DNA from: Cirrosporium novae-zelandiae | Taxonomy: Eukaryota | Direction: 5' to 3' | NCBI GenBank assembly: GCA_026023565.1 | Contig: JAPETS010000060.1 | Location: forward strand, 1-64,000 | Length of the DNA: 64,000 bases | Part shown: one piece after another, positions 46,858-60,300 of the stretch | Position numbering within the stretch: the stretch's first letter is position 1 | Layout: each line of letters begins with the position of its first letter | The notes under the pieces: model-generated | Databases searched by the model: none | Seen by the model: the letters and a program-made list of their open reading frames with translations, nothing else | Told to the model about the DNA's origin: nothing | Program-made: the position numbers and the translations under genes

Positions 46858-49278
46858 ATGGCAGCCCTACATTCAGCCCTCCAGGCTCTTGGTCCCACGT
46901 CATACGACGATGTCCCCGAATCCGAATCCGAATTCAAGGCCTACCTGTCCAACATCTTCCAGCAGTCATATCTAATTGCTGAATCTGTTCCTCAGCCTCT
47001 TTTCGATGATAAAATCCAAGCCACCCGTCCACGTGCCGATACCAATGCCTCCGTCGCTTCTAATGCTTCTGAAATATCGGCTTCCCCTGCTCGTTCGGCG
47101 CATCCGGGACCCGAGTATGAAGATTTACAGAAGGAATGGGGGAAGCCAATGAGATTTTCTGCAAAGGATAACCCAATGAGCATGAGTGTATGGAAGATGA
47201 ATGGAAAAGACGGCAAGGGAGCTTGGTTTGCTCGCAGAAGCGTTCATGAAGGCCTAGGCTTCTCTAGATGGAAGAGAGCGTTTGAAAGGGAATTTCCTGA
47301 AGGTATGGAGAATGGTGGTCCAGGAAAGGGTAACATTAGAGGAATTGGGTCCGAAAGAAGAGTAGAGCATATTGACGTCAATGGGATTGGAAAGCTAGAA
47401 GGTTCGATCCATCTTTTTCCTGGATAGCATTGCACTTGGAGATAATAGATACTGACTCTTAATCTAGTATATCACTTATCCACACAATTCCCTGGCCCAA
47501 CTGCTGCCAGAGATTTCGTCACCCTACTTCTGACAACGTCGAACCCTACTCAAGACTCATCATGTGAATCCGTATCTTCGAAATATGCATTCCCCAAACT
47601 CACACAGTCGTCACCTAGACAGTACATGATTGTTTCCAAGCCCTGCAACCATCCGGATTGCCCTCCGCGTGATGGCTTTATACGTGGACAATATGAGTCT
47701 GTTGAATTCATTAGGGAGATCCCACGATCTCCACCCCGTAGATCATCATCCGTGAATGATCTTGAAGGGCTACAAGACACAAAACGCTCCAGAGCTGATA
47801 CAGCAGACATGAATCGAGAAGCAATTTTGCGAAATGCTCGCAAGAACGTTTCATCAATTGAGGAGAAGCACAGCGTCAATGGAGCAGCTGCATCTGAGGG
47901 TAATGCTCAAGTGAAAAGACCAAGAGGAAAAACCATAAATCTTCCATCAAGTGGAGCTTCTACGAAATCAGATGGCGATGAATATACCCCAGTATTCGAC
48001 GAAAGTGAATTGAATCCTGTTGAATGGATAATGATCACTCGAAGTGACCCTGGTGGAAGTGTTCCACGGTGGATGGTTGAAAGAGGTACCCCTTCCAGCA
48101 TTATCGCCGATGCACGGAAGTTCCTTGACTGGGCTGCCAGCAAGGAGTATGCCAATAAAGAAGGTGATATTGACGAGGAAGAAGGGCATCTACCTGAGTA
48201 TGAAACAAATGGCCATCTAGCGGGAGTTGACAGCATCGACCATGAGGAGGTCGCGGAAGAAAATAAGAGTGAGACTCAGCAAGAACAGCAGCAGTCGGGT
48301 GGAATTATTTCATCAATATCCGACACATTGAACACCTATGCCCCACAGACAGTTCTAGACTATTTGCCGAAGCAGCATCAAAGGGAGGAAAGCGGTTCGA
48401 CCTTCGTATCATCTCAACCGGATGAGGATAGAGACGAGGATAGAGATGACACTGCCTCGATGACTAGCACCGTAGATTCATTTGCCTCGGCCGACTCACA
48501 TTTCGATGCCTCCTCGGTCCGAGATGATGCTTCCAAAAGTACATCTTCAGAGTCGAAGTCAAAGGAGGAGAAAGAAAGACAGAAGAACCTTACGCCTGCT
48601 GAAAGACAGTTACAGAAGTATCACCATCGAATAGCAATGCTCGATGCCAAGCTAGCAAGAGCAAAAGAGCGCGAACTCAAGGACAAAGAAACGTTAACAT
48701 CGAAGGAGGAAGAGAGGATCCGCAAGGCGGAAGAAAAACACAAAGCCCAAATGCAAAAAGAAAACGAAAAGCACGAACGAGAAATGAAGAAACTGTCGGA
48801 GCGAAAACAGCGAGAAGAGCGACGAGCAGACGAGAAAGTGAAAAAGGAACAAGAAAAAGCCGAGCGCACAAGACTGATCCGGGAACGGGACGACGCCAAG
48901 AAAGAAGCCGCACAGCTGAAAAAGGAGAGACAGACAATGATGACCCAGATTGGCGAATTGCAGAGCGAGAACACGGCCCTGGCAGCTACACTGGGGAGGC
49001 TGGTTCAGCGCGGCTCACCCGACTCGTCAACGGCAGATATGCTGGAGCTGAAGAAACAGCCGGTGGAATCTGGGAGGGCCAGGAGCTCCAGCCTTTTTTC
49101 CCACGGGAGCGGCGGCGGGAAGAAGAGCGCCGCTTCCAGCGTGAGTGGAAGCCCTGCTGGGTCTCGGAAAGGAGTCGAGGTTACCTCAGGGGATGGGAAA
49201 TCCCCGGAAAAATCTTTGAATGTCCCCGGGGGATTTGAACAGTCAACCGCTGACAATGTGGCAAGCGACAAGGTGTAG
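46858..49278 (+). CDS. DUF3074 (START/SRPBCC-like) domain protein with C-terminal coiled coil, multi-exon
   Basis: WFARRSVHEG, YHLSTQFPGPTAARDFVTLLLT, YMIVSKPCNHP, IRGQYESVEFIRE, NPVEWIMITRSDPGGSVPRWMVERGTP, then an E/K/R-rich coiled coil. Confidence 0.9.
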
Positions 49279-50730
49279 GACGGGATGAGAAACCGATGTT
49301 TTGATGGAATACTGAGGGGGAGGGGTGGGATTGGGTTGGATTCGACGTACATATATGTTGTTGTTATACAAGCATCCTCCTATACATACATACATATCAT
49401 CATCACGAAAAACGAACGCATTAATTACGATTCATTCTTCTCGGGTTAACTAAGACTGGTTCTAGTTAGAATGGCGGAGTTAGTTACGTAATTACATTCA
49501 ATGTCCGCTCCCTTTTTTTTTATATCGCACGTTTAAGTAAATTGATTGATTGCAGTACAGTAATGATAGAAGAACACTGGTACTGTGATTTTGTGTATGG
49601 TTCTTTATTAAATTTATCCAAAATATTCTAGTTATACTATCTAGTCTTGGCACGGCATCTTCCGAGATCCTTAACAGAAACCACAGTACCGTGCAAGTGT
49701 GACCAATTACTAATTAATTAGCGCTCTTGGGAATCGAACCCAACCAACCTGGTATTTATGACCAAGTTACCTAGTTAATTACCAACCAATCCAACATCCA
49801 ACATCCATCCATCAACCAATCAACCTACTAACCAATACCATTCTAACTAATCATCTCAATTACTATAAGTCAACAAAGGACGTTAAACCCAAACACAAGT
49901 CAAATATATAAATACAAAAAATCATACAAGAATAATATACCAACTACACCACATCACATCATATTATTGAAACTGTGAAGGCTCATGTAATTTCTTTCTA
50001 GAATGCTTACTATGGATATATGCACTTCCCCTCCTCATATGTGCCGGCTTCTGTGCCCAACTTCTATGCCCAATGTCACAAAGGAAGGATAGCTAGAGCA
50101 TAAGATCAGGCTCGGAGACCGAGGACCGGATGCGGAATATATAAGGTTATATGGCATTAATAAGGTGGAGGGATAATGCGTCATAGATAGAACGAAGACT
50201 CTATAAAGAAGGGTAAGGGAAAGCTGGGGAAGGCCAGCTTTCAGTCTTGTATTATACTGAGATACTACTATACGCGCGAGCTATGCACCTACACCGCTAC
50301 CTACACTATCGGAGCCCAATCCTTGGCACAAAGTGAAGAACATCACGCTCGACACAATATTGGTACCGGTGGAATGCGCGACCTTAACTTATCGAAAAGA
50401 TTCACGTTATTTGCTATGGAAGTCGAACAACATCTTGCAAGTTACGGAAGTTACGATCGAAGCATCTGAAGATGATACTACTAATAGTGTAGTGCAATTA
50501 ACACTTGGGTCTTGGTGGGAAGTTCCTCGCCTTGTGGTGGAGAAAATGAAAGAGAGATGGAAAAAAGTGAAAGAGAAGTGTGGTTTAGATGACCCTGGAC
50601 AGCGCGTTCTGATTCTTTGAAGCTGTGAGGTCCAAGGATATTGAATTTGCCATGGCATAGGCCGCAAAACAGGGAAGGGAATGGGGCTACAGTAGACCCA
50701 ACCCTCCAAAGAAAAGGAAGACTGATACCA

Positions 50731-50757
50731 GTGTGTGTGTGTGTGTATGTGTGTGTG
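50731..50757. repeat. (GT)n microsatellite
   Basis: gtgtgtgtgtgtgtgtatgtgtgtgtg. Confidence 0.9.
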
Positions 50758-52320
50758 ATCAATCACTAGCAAGCACTCTTTAGGAATCAAACCCAACCTA
50801 GTATTTTTTGGACATCCGACACAAAAGCACTCGATTAAATGAACGGTCTACAGTAAACCCCCCCAACCAACTAAACAAACTACACCGACCAGACCTTAAT
50901 TACCTAAGGTCCATTTAATTTACCACATAAATATACCATTAGATAGAGGATATCAAAACATAAATAAAACCGTAGATACTCACACCTTGACCATCATCCT
51001 CACCACCACTTCTACCTCCACCATCACCCTTATACACCCAACTCTCACGCCTAACGCTCGCGCCTTATGATGGTTATACAATATCCCCCCAAATAATAAA
51101 ATACCCACTCATTCCATACCTCCATACCCCCCCATACCCTACACCCTATCCCTCGATCCCTCGACATGCCTCATCCCAAACCCCAAACCCCAAACCCCAC
51201 CCCTACAGTACCAGAAAGAAACAAAAGCCAAGAAGCCAGAACCAAGATATGCCTAACCGACTATAAGATATATAAATTCTTTATCATGGAACCAGGAGCT
51301 AGGAGCTAGGAGCTAGAAGTCAGGTCATATAGGGCTGGAGACTGGCACTGGAGAGTGCATGGATAGAAAGTAAAAAATAGTGTGAAAGAGTTGTAGATTT
51401 AGGCGTTTATAATGGACAATTGGGGATAGAAACTAAGGGCCAAGGAAGCTGCTGGAGGCGAGTCCTTAAGGTGCTTTAGGTTCTAAAAACCTAAGGAAAA
51501 CTATTATATATATAATTAAGGCTGCAAGGTTCAGACTAGCCTGGGGAAAAAAAAAAACAAAAAAAAATAGGGCTGAGCCTGAAGCCTTAGGCATTAGAAA
51601 TCGGGGGCCTCAGGCTATAGGGCTGATGCCCTAAGTTACTAAAAATTGCCAACTTTTTCACAATAGAAAATAGAAAATAAAAAATGGAGAATAAAGAATA
51701 GAAAATAGAAAATAGAGTGGAAACTGGATGGAGTGTATGCATCCATATACTACTGGAGTTGGTTGGTTGGTATAGTACTTACCCTATTGTACCTACCGCA
51801 CGTTTTGTTAGGGTAGGGAAGGTGAGAAGGAGGAAGGTGGGTAAGAAGAGTGTTTGTTATTGGATTTTGCATTTTTGATAGATGGCAGTGGGGCGTTGAT
51901 ATTGTGATTATTATGATTATAATTATTATTATTATTAATGTAGCTTGTTAAGTACATGATATGTGTGGCCTCCGACTTTTTTGAAAAGGAAAGAAGGAAT
52001 TAAGTTTTTGGGGGTCGTGGTTTGGTTGGTTCATCCAGCCTTTTTCATATTTTGTAGTGTCCCCTATATGATACGGTAAATCAAATCAAAGTAAAGAAAA
52101 ATAAAGAGAGTTTGGATCTATTTTGAAAGAGTGTGATGCCAACAGTAGCAGCAGCAGGAACCCAGATAAGTCAGCCAGTGTGTGGAGCTGCGAGGTCTAA
52201 GGGTGCTTGCGAGTATATACTTAAATTATCCGTGGGCATCACGGACTTTTCAGTTTCGGTAGAAATTACACACTACATCGCTGCTTCCTAGTTTCCCACT
52301 ATTACCTCACAGCCAGCTGT

Positions 52321-55300
52321 TCAGCTGTGGACTCCCAATCCGGTCAACTCAATCACTGGAAGGTCAGATTGAGCCTTTCTCCTTCGTGGAATCCACCCCT
52401 TAAATGTCTTTGAAGACGAATCCGGTGATTCGGCTGTCTCATATGGCTGGGTATGATACGGTACGGTCCTTTCGGTAGCTGTTTTAGTTTCAGATATTGA
52501 TACGTGCTTATCATCCTCAATATTCGTCCAGAAATCATCATCCGCACAAAACCCTTGCTGTTCGCTCTTTAGATATTTATCGAGTCTTTTGATAGACATG
52601 GGCATTGAGGCTTGGAACTTTTTTTGGGCCTTTTCGAGTCGCAACATTTTCTTCAATGGGAGGACGAGGATGTCTTTGCAAAGACCAGATAAAATTTTCT
52701 TCGTGGCAACGGTAACATATCGAAGTTGTCCGCTGAAGGCCATGAACAAGGCAAATGCGATTATTGCGACCGAGACAGGACCTGCTATTACTATCATGCG
52801 CTGAAGGGAAAGATTTGTTGAACTGCCACTCCAGTCTCGCGCATTCATTCCAAATAAAGAGGTGAAAAATGAAAGTGGCAGGAAGCTGGATACGTATAAT
52901 CAGTATATGTTATAGAGTATCTATGATCAAATGGCATACATGACTGTGAAGATGGTAAATATCATGACTGATCTCGATTGGTGCTGGCTAACATCGGCCT
53001 GCCATCGTGCCATCCGAGCCTCGTCAACGTTTGCCTGCTTCTGTTTTAGATCTAACAGATTTGAAACCTATGATCAAGTTAGATAGTTTACCTGAATCAG
53101 CGGAGAGAGTAGTACTGATTGTTGAGCTTCCATTGCACTTTTCTTCATTTCCTCAACTTGGCTCTTGTATTTTTCAAGTCGTTCTTCAGCCAGTTTGATG
53201 TATTCAATGCCGTGGCGGCAATCCACATGCGTGCAATAAGATTCCATCCCCCTGATGGCAATATCTTGCTGCTCAAAGAGCTTCATTATGGTACTTAGTT
53301 CGTCGACGATATCTCGTAGTTCTAGTAGAGTAGCAAGATCTTTCCGATTCTGCTTAGCAATGTCTTGATCCCGGCTTGCTTGTTCAGCAAGTGTCATAGG
53401 AGATCCGTTTGGATTTCTGATAAAGTCTTCAGGAGTATTTGAAAATCCATTGGTCCTAAACCTCTTGAAAGATCTCGTCATGGTTTCGGTCTTTTCTGTC
53501 AGCTTGAGTTACTATAACGACGGTGAAATCTTACTAAAATACTGATAGATTCTTCAAATATTCGAAGTATTTGTAGATCCCGATGCAAAGTTCTTTCGAG
53601 AAGAACTGTGATGGCATGTAGAACTAAAAGAGCTGCAAAATCTCCACACGTCTCACAACGTCGTGCAAGGTCTCCATTGAGCTCATTGTATATACTATCT
53701 CGTAAGTCGGCTTGTTGATAAAGGTTTCCTTCCGAGAACGTTGATTCCTTCTTTGGAAAGAATGTGACCACTGTTTTATTGTCAATAACATAGAGCCATA
53801 GCTGATCTACCATCAGAACATTGCCATCAACAACTTCTTCTCCAGCTTGATGTTCGGCATTTTCACCCAGGGTTTTCTTTGTTCGTTTCCAAAGCATCTG
53901 GTCATCATCCCTTGCTATGGTAGATCGTAAATTAGGATAACCGAACTGATCTAGCGTTCTGCGGCAGTGGATGGGAGGGTGGGATCCAAGGTAGCTCCAT
54001 ATTAACTTTCCCTCAAGAAACTTAGAACCCGAAATATCTTCAGGCACTGGCTTGGTACGCCCTTGAACTATTCTCCGTTCAATTATTTTGCGCGACCTAA
54101 GTAGATTCTTGTACGTATCCCAGTGAAGCTAGACATATCAAAGTTAGTTCGTACCTAGAGTAAGGTGTGGGGGCTCGTACGTAAGGTACCTATCGGTAGA
54201 TTAGAAGGGTTGCCGAGTTACGTTGTTGATATGAAGGATACCCACATATAATGCCATTTGAGAATGGAATGATGGAGGAATATTTTTATGGATGCAGCCA
54301 GATTTTATGTAGCGCGCATGTGGAGCAGGATGACGAGCAGTGTTATGCCTCCGGTTCCAATTATCGTCAGACAATAAGTATTTGTTACCGTCAACATTCG
54401 CTTCCTTACATACTCTATGAAGGACTTCTGGTACCCAGCCAGCATGAGTGTAAGGAACATGTATCCACGTAAATTTGAGATTTTCGGGCTGGGGCTGTGG
54501 GAAACGAGAAGGAATTCTTGGTCCTTGCTCCAAATCCTTCACCTTGAGCCGTGGACCTGGATCTAACTTGAATGGTTTAGGCCGGTCATGTAAATCCTTT
54601 TGATACTGCGGATTTTTATATGTAGGTTTATTCCGAGCAAGATGAGGATCCTGGGATGGAGAGAAAGTCTCAGAGGTGTATTCACCAATTTCTATCCTAG
54701 GTGTAACCGCAGACACCATCTCGGTATCCATATCTTGCGGTTCACCACTGATGGATTGATCAGCCAAGATATGGAGCTTCTGGTTATCTAAGGATGGGCT
54801 ATTTATTCGAAAGTCATAGCCATCTACTGTCGGTTCCTTAATGGTGATCCGTGGAGATTGCAACGGTGGAGGATCTTCTGCTAGACCATGTCTTACATTA
54901 GGTGCGCCTTGGCTATGGGGGCCTATTCGATCCGGACTGGGGCCTTTTTCTAAAGAATCTCTCTTCCCAAGGTAATCATTCACGCGGCCCTTGAGAACCT
55001 TTGCTGGACCCTCATCCAAGAACTTCTGTAAGGTTGTTCGGCTGGACCAGAGCTTTAAGGGGGTTGACTCGCTAACGCCGAGATCTGCATTTTCAAAGAA
55101 TCCATGTACTTCAACATGGACATCGTCTTTCACATTTAACGGAAAACTTGGTTTCTTCGATAGATCTATGGCCCACTCGACGGCTGACTTCAGCTGTTTT
55201 ACATATGATTCTTTGTGAAAAGCATCCTCTTGCGCAGCAAATGTTGCAACATCGACGTGATCGCTTGCCAACATGACTTCATATTCTTGTTCAAGGTCCA

Positions 55301-56317
55301 AGATGCCTGAATTGATTGAGGTAATAGGTGCACGAAAGTAAGAGGACGCGCCACCCTTCATAGTCAACTGAGTGTCAACCGTCTCCAAGAAATTCCAGAT
55401 TTTAAATTCTGTTGATATGTCCCTGAAACTCTCAGACCAAATACAAAGATCGCTACTTCTCACATCGAATGATTTTCTTAGCGATGTTGGTAACGGTGAC
55501 TTGAGCCTCATGACTCTGGCAATGCTATCGGCGTATTCGTCAGAGGACAAATAACTAGATCCATTATGAGGCGTGGCAAAAAAAGTAATCCCATAGCAAT
55601 CACAGAGAATAGACTGGAAATTGGAACCAGGCTGAGCCGCCAGGACGAGAGCTGCTTTCGCAACAAGGCCACCGGTACTATGGCATACGAAAAACATTGG
55701 CCCTTGCTCACCCTGTAAGATTAATCAAGTCAGTCTATAGCTTATATAATAGTTTGTCCATTAATGTACCGTAGATTTTCTCTTATCCCGTAAGTTTTCG
55801 AGAAGCTTTATAGCCAATTGGTCCAGAGAAGATGTGGCACTAAGAGTTTCGTGGTCATAGTAGTGAACTTTGATTTTTGGGATGTAGCCTTTTAGTTCGG
55901 TGATCCAAAGAAAAGACTTCCTTTCTGTCCCTGGACTTAGTCTGTTTGGTGAGGACATGGACCAGTGTGCAGGAGGGGTGAACATCAGTGCCGGTACACT
56001 TGCAGCCGCCATTGCAGCACGCAATTCATATCCTTCTTTGGGATAAGAAGCCCATGTCTCTATTGGATCTGCACCAACAGCAGGTATAGCAATAATACTG
56101 AGATTTATTAGTTAATTCCAAGAGATAATAAGCCTTATCTTCACTCATACTGTGCTTCAGCTGAAGAATCATCAGAGATTTCCACAAAGCCATTCTCCAC
56201 GATATAGGATGAATACAAACTACTAGATCCATTCACATTCGAGCCAGAAATTGAAGAGTGAGATGGTGCAGTAGGAAAGTAGTTTCTTTTTGATGTGGCG
56301 GAAGCTGTTCGCGACAT
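52321..56317 (-). CDS. Fusion protein: N-terminal SesB/DUF676-like alpha/beta hydrolase plus C-terminal CorA-like two-TM domain, multi-exon
   Basis: Likely ATG 56317 (MSRTASAT..). IIAIPAVGADPIETW, FFVCHSTGGLVAK, ITFFATPHNGS, FLETV, ASDHVDVATF, then WIHVP, ALY|VPY|LHWD, RRTLDQFGY, LMVDQLWL, ELRDIVDEL, LLDLKQKQANVDEA, MIFTIFTVIFLPLSFFTSLFGMN (CorA GMN motif). Most exon junctions were checked and join with GT-AG introns. Confidence 0.88.
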
Positions 56318-57357
56318 GGTGGTAATACTGCAACCGCGATTTGAGCCATTAGCTTAAACACAGAATATAACCTGATTGCTCTGCAGTTTACAGAAAATAT
56401 GGATGACTTGAGGACTCCATGGTCTTTAAGGATGAAAATGTAAGAAATACAGCCTTGCGAACCCCACCACATTTCTTGTGGCCTCCAGACTATCCCTCTT
56501 ACGTACTTCAGCTGAGTGCAAGCTCGAGTAGTTGGAGGATCTCACAAGGTATATGATTGGTTGTTGCGGGTTCAGGTCTGCCTATAGACTCTTGGCCAAG
56601 TGACAATGTTCGGATGACCAGAGGTGGAGGAAGAACAAGTACTCAAGCAGGTGGGCTAGGAATGAAAAAGCTGTGACATTAATTTCTTTCAATAAGAGTC
56701 TCGCTCTTCGAGGTCTGAAATCATCTAGATGTAGAAAATATAAAGCAAAGTAGACTATTTACTGTCGCGTGTGTAGTTACAGACGGGGACGAAATGCAGG
56801 GAGAATAGGCTTTAGATGGGGGCCGTTTCGCCCCATACAGTACGCCTACCTCGGCCCGACCCTTTCTTCCTATTAACTGCTGGTCTTCCCTCAGTCTCTA
56901 TTTTAATTCGTGGTTCTCTAGCTATGCTCGATTACGCTCAAACTATCTCCACCTTTCATGCTCCTTTAGTGCCAATAGATCGAGGAGAATCCATTGACTC
57001 GTTCGCATGTTGTGTATTCATATGTCACCCATCAGTGCTGTCCATTGAAAGAGCTCAGCTAACAGAATTTTTCGTTTGTATAGGACCAAGATGAAGTCGA
57101 TCCGGCATGAGATATGGCTTATTCCTACATCGATGATAGCTGAGTCTGAATATGAAAAAAAAATATCTGAGATCAGAAATGTTGCCTGATAAAAGCCGTT
57201 CACAGCCAGCATAAGCCAAACTTTCCTTCGAGGCCTATAGCTTTCAGCATAAGAATCCTCGACTTGCTCTCAGAATGAGGATTGCCTTTTCACTACAATG
57301 TTAGCAGGCAGGACAAGAAAACTCATGTTGCTAGTTGAATTTGCCTGTCGTCGCGCA

Positions 57358-60300
57358 TTACCCACTCACACGTAGTTTGTTAATTCGACCGGAAATTCTG
57401 TGATTACCGAACATGTCCTGTAGAAACGATCCCCGCCGTTTAGGACGGTGGTCTAGTCGAGTATCGGCTGAACCGAAGTTGTCATGTTCTTCTGTGAAGG
57501 AAATCTGCAACTCGTTTCCATCGGATCCAGCAGCCTCTAATACAGGAGTAGGTAGTGACTCGTTTGATGATATTTCACCTAACGGTTGCTGGGAGCCTGA
57601 ATACGCTGAATCTTCATTGCCTTCTGAAGCTGATGAGCTCAGGTTCGATCCGATTCTGCTGTCGTGGAACTGGGTCTCTGACCCTTTGGACGGCGATGAA
57701 GGCTCCCCTTGTTGAGGATTTCCAGTATCTGGATAGTGAAATTTGAATTTTCTATTGTGACCAAAAATGATAGCACCCTGATCTATCAATTGAGCTGGAT
57801 TCCCACTGAATTTTTTATTAAAGAAATTCGAAGGCAGAAGGCTTTGGACACGATCGGAATAGTTCGTCGGAATCGTCTCGCACTAACATAGTTCAAAGAT
57901 CTTTTTGTCTAGGTTATGCCAAATTATGTCTTTACCAAGCTTCATCGGGTTCGCTTCTTGGTCGCCACCCATGTTCATAATATCTTTGAGGTCGGAAACA
58001 CAAGTCGCAAGATAGTATTTCCCCTGCGGCAATTTGGCCCAATGGGTACATAGGTTTATGGTATCAACCGGCTGAATAATTTCTCCAAATCCACGCCCAA
58101 ATAACGTTATTGCATGAATAGCTCTAGTGAAATCCACCCAGCCTTTACCTATTGTTTCAAGCGTAGCCACGCGAGGATAGAAGGGGTCCTGGTCTGTGGC
58201 TATGTCCTTAAAGTCCCAGCCTTCGAGATACTTCCGGGCTTTAAACTTCAAGTTCACGCCATCTTGACCAGCAACGACAACCTGATGGTCTATGAGCTTC
58301 TCCAACGTATTGCAGTAGTATTCGACTTGATGCTTAAAGCGAATATAGTCATCCTTCTCTGGGTATATTTTGAGCTCCATGTTTTCGAGGTTCAAAAGAA
58401 CATCGAAAGCGGAGTCAACTTTGTGTCGTTGGGATGCTTCCTGTATTTCCTCCCGCCTGAAACAAAATACGGATTTGAATTTATCGCGGCTGTTGTATTC
58501 TAGAGATGCGCGTACGAGGTGGAGCAAAGCGCTGATACCGTTAACCAGCCAGCCTCACTTATCGCCCTCGTCCCATAGAACTACGAACTTCTTGGATATC
58601 CATTTGAGATTCGGTATGTAGCCGTTTCGTGTTACATGAATTGGTGTGTCTTTTTTACCGAGGCCGATTGTTACACCACCCGTGATGATTTTTCCGCCGG
58701 ATATGGAAATTTTCTCGAGAACGCATTCTTTGTAAGGCTTTAGGGGCTTGGAAGTGTTTATAGTATAACGGGCATCAGCGGCCCCTGTGGAACAAAACGT
58801 GTCAGCCAAAAGGTCCCTTTCCTTATCTCCGCATCGTTCGTACCGGCGTAGTATTTGATCTCTGAACACCAACCAACCACTTGTCGAGCTTTTTCCAAGT
58901 CAAAGACACTGGTATCTTCCGCATGGGGGACCCTATTGTCCGAGTAAGATATTCGGCTTCCGTCTTGGTTATAAACCATGTGCCAGATAAGCAGGTCTCC
59001 GATGTGCTTTGTTGGAACATGGTCGAAAAGCCCTTCATGAAAAGTTGTCCATTGAAGGTATTTACACACCTGGTTCGAATCAACCCTGCCTTCATATTGA
59101 GTGAGATCTCAAGGCCTGTATTAGATTTCGGCCTGTGTAGTATCGGATAGCCTTGGACGACAATTGGATTTCTAAACATGTTGTACCAGTATTGATCATT
59201 GGAATGTTTAAGACACTCTCCCCTTTGCTGCACGGTAAAATCGATCTTGCAAAAAATATTGAGCCAATCCTGCCTTTCGGAAGCTGGGTGCGGAGCATTA
59301 TCACCGTGGATATCTCTGATGAATGGTGTGCAGTAAGCTACTCCAGATTCGTACGGCGAGGAGCGAAGAGCAGCCCCTGGCCATGCAAACTGTTCACCGA
59401 TCTCTGCAACAGAATCCCCTGTCCCAAAAGCCTCAACCATGAATTTTGATTCATGAATTCATGCAGTGAGCTTGGTGTTATCGGGTAAATTGCCTAAAGA
59501 GATACTGATTAGAATCGGGACCACTTCAAACCTAGGAACGTACATGTGCGTTGATAGTCAGGCCCACTACGGACCACATCTGCAACCAGTCGAATAGTAT
59601 GCTCTCCAGCTGACGGCCACGTCTGGGACAGATATTGCGTACAGGTTAGCGCTTGTGCATTCTTGGCAGATCCAGTCAGCGTAATGGCTATCTTAACAGC
59701 CTCCGCTGGTTCCTCTGTATATTCTTGCTCCTTGACAGAAGACAGTGGATCCTACTGAATCTCGAAAGTCATTTTGTAAGCCTCTGAAGATTGATTTCTG
59801 CTGACTTTGTGGGATAATGGAAGGGAGTCAACAATATTTTGTCTAATAGCGTCCATAGAATTTGGCTCTGCAGGGGCCAGGTAGAACTCCCTACGTAAAT
59901 TTGCAAGCAGCCATTCGTGTGCTGGCGCTCTAAAAATGAAGTCCCGATATGCAAGATGCTCAGAATTATTGATTTCTATGTCTCCTCCTTCGTCTGTTCC
60001 ATCATTAAAGTTTTGGTCGTGAGGGGCTCCATTTTCATAATCCACCCGGTTCTTATCCCAAAGGCCCATCAGTTCTTCCAAGGACATTTTATTGGAGTCA
60101 CCGGTCTGGACGTCGGCAATACTCTCTACCTCATCAGAGTACCTGCCTTTGAAGTATCCGACGATGTCACTGACAGATGACCCAAGTCAGTATCGAGATT
60201 TCAAACACTGAAACCGGTGAAGCTTCTGCCACAAGTCAGAAAGAGAAAACGCACCTTCGATACTTATGGATAAAAACCATAACATCGCGATGCATCTGAG

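Noticed and set aside
49720..49790. tRNA-like T-arm on the minus strand (TTGGG-TTCGATT-CCCAA followed by GAGCGCT)
   Set aside because: No complementary 5' acceptor strand, D-arm or A-box could be found. At most a relic, so no tRNA is called.
50333..50620. 95-aa ORF with GTG start
   Set aside because: Could be an exon of a small gene, but no ATG-bearing upstream exon or domain was identified.
51175..51203. (CCCCAAA)n telomere-like repeat
   Set aside because: Only about 3 units, not the CCCTAA fungal telomere unit, and embedded in generally stuttered sequence.
22276..56317. Four alpha/beta-hydrolase-fold genes as a possible cluster
   Set aside because: They belong to different subfamilies and are interspersed with unrelated genes; the fold is very common in fungi.
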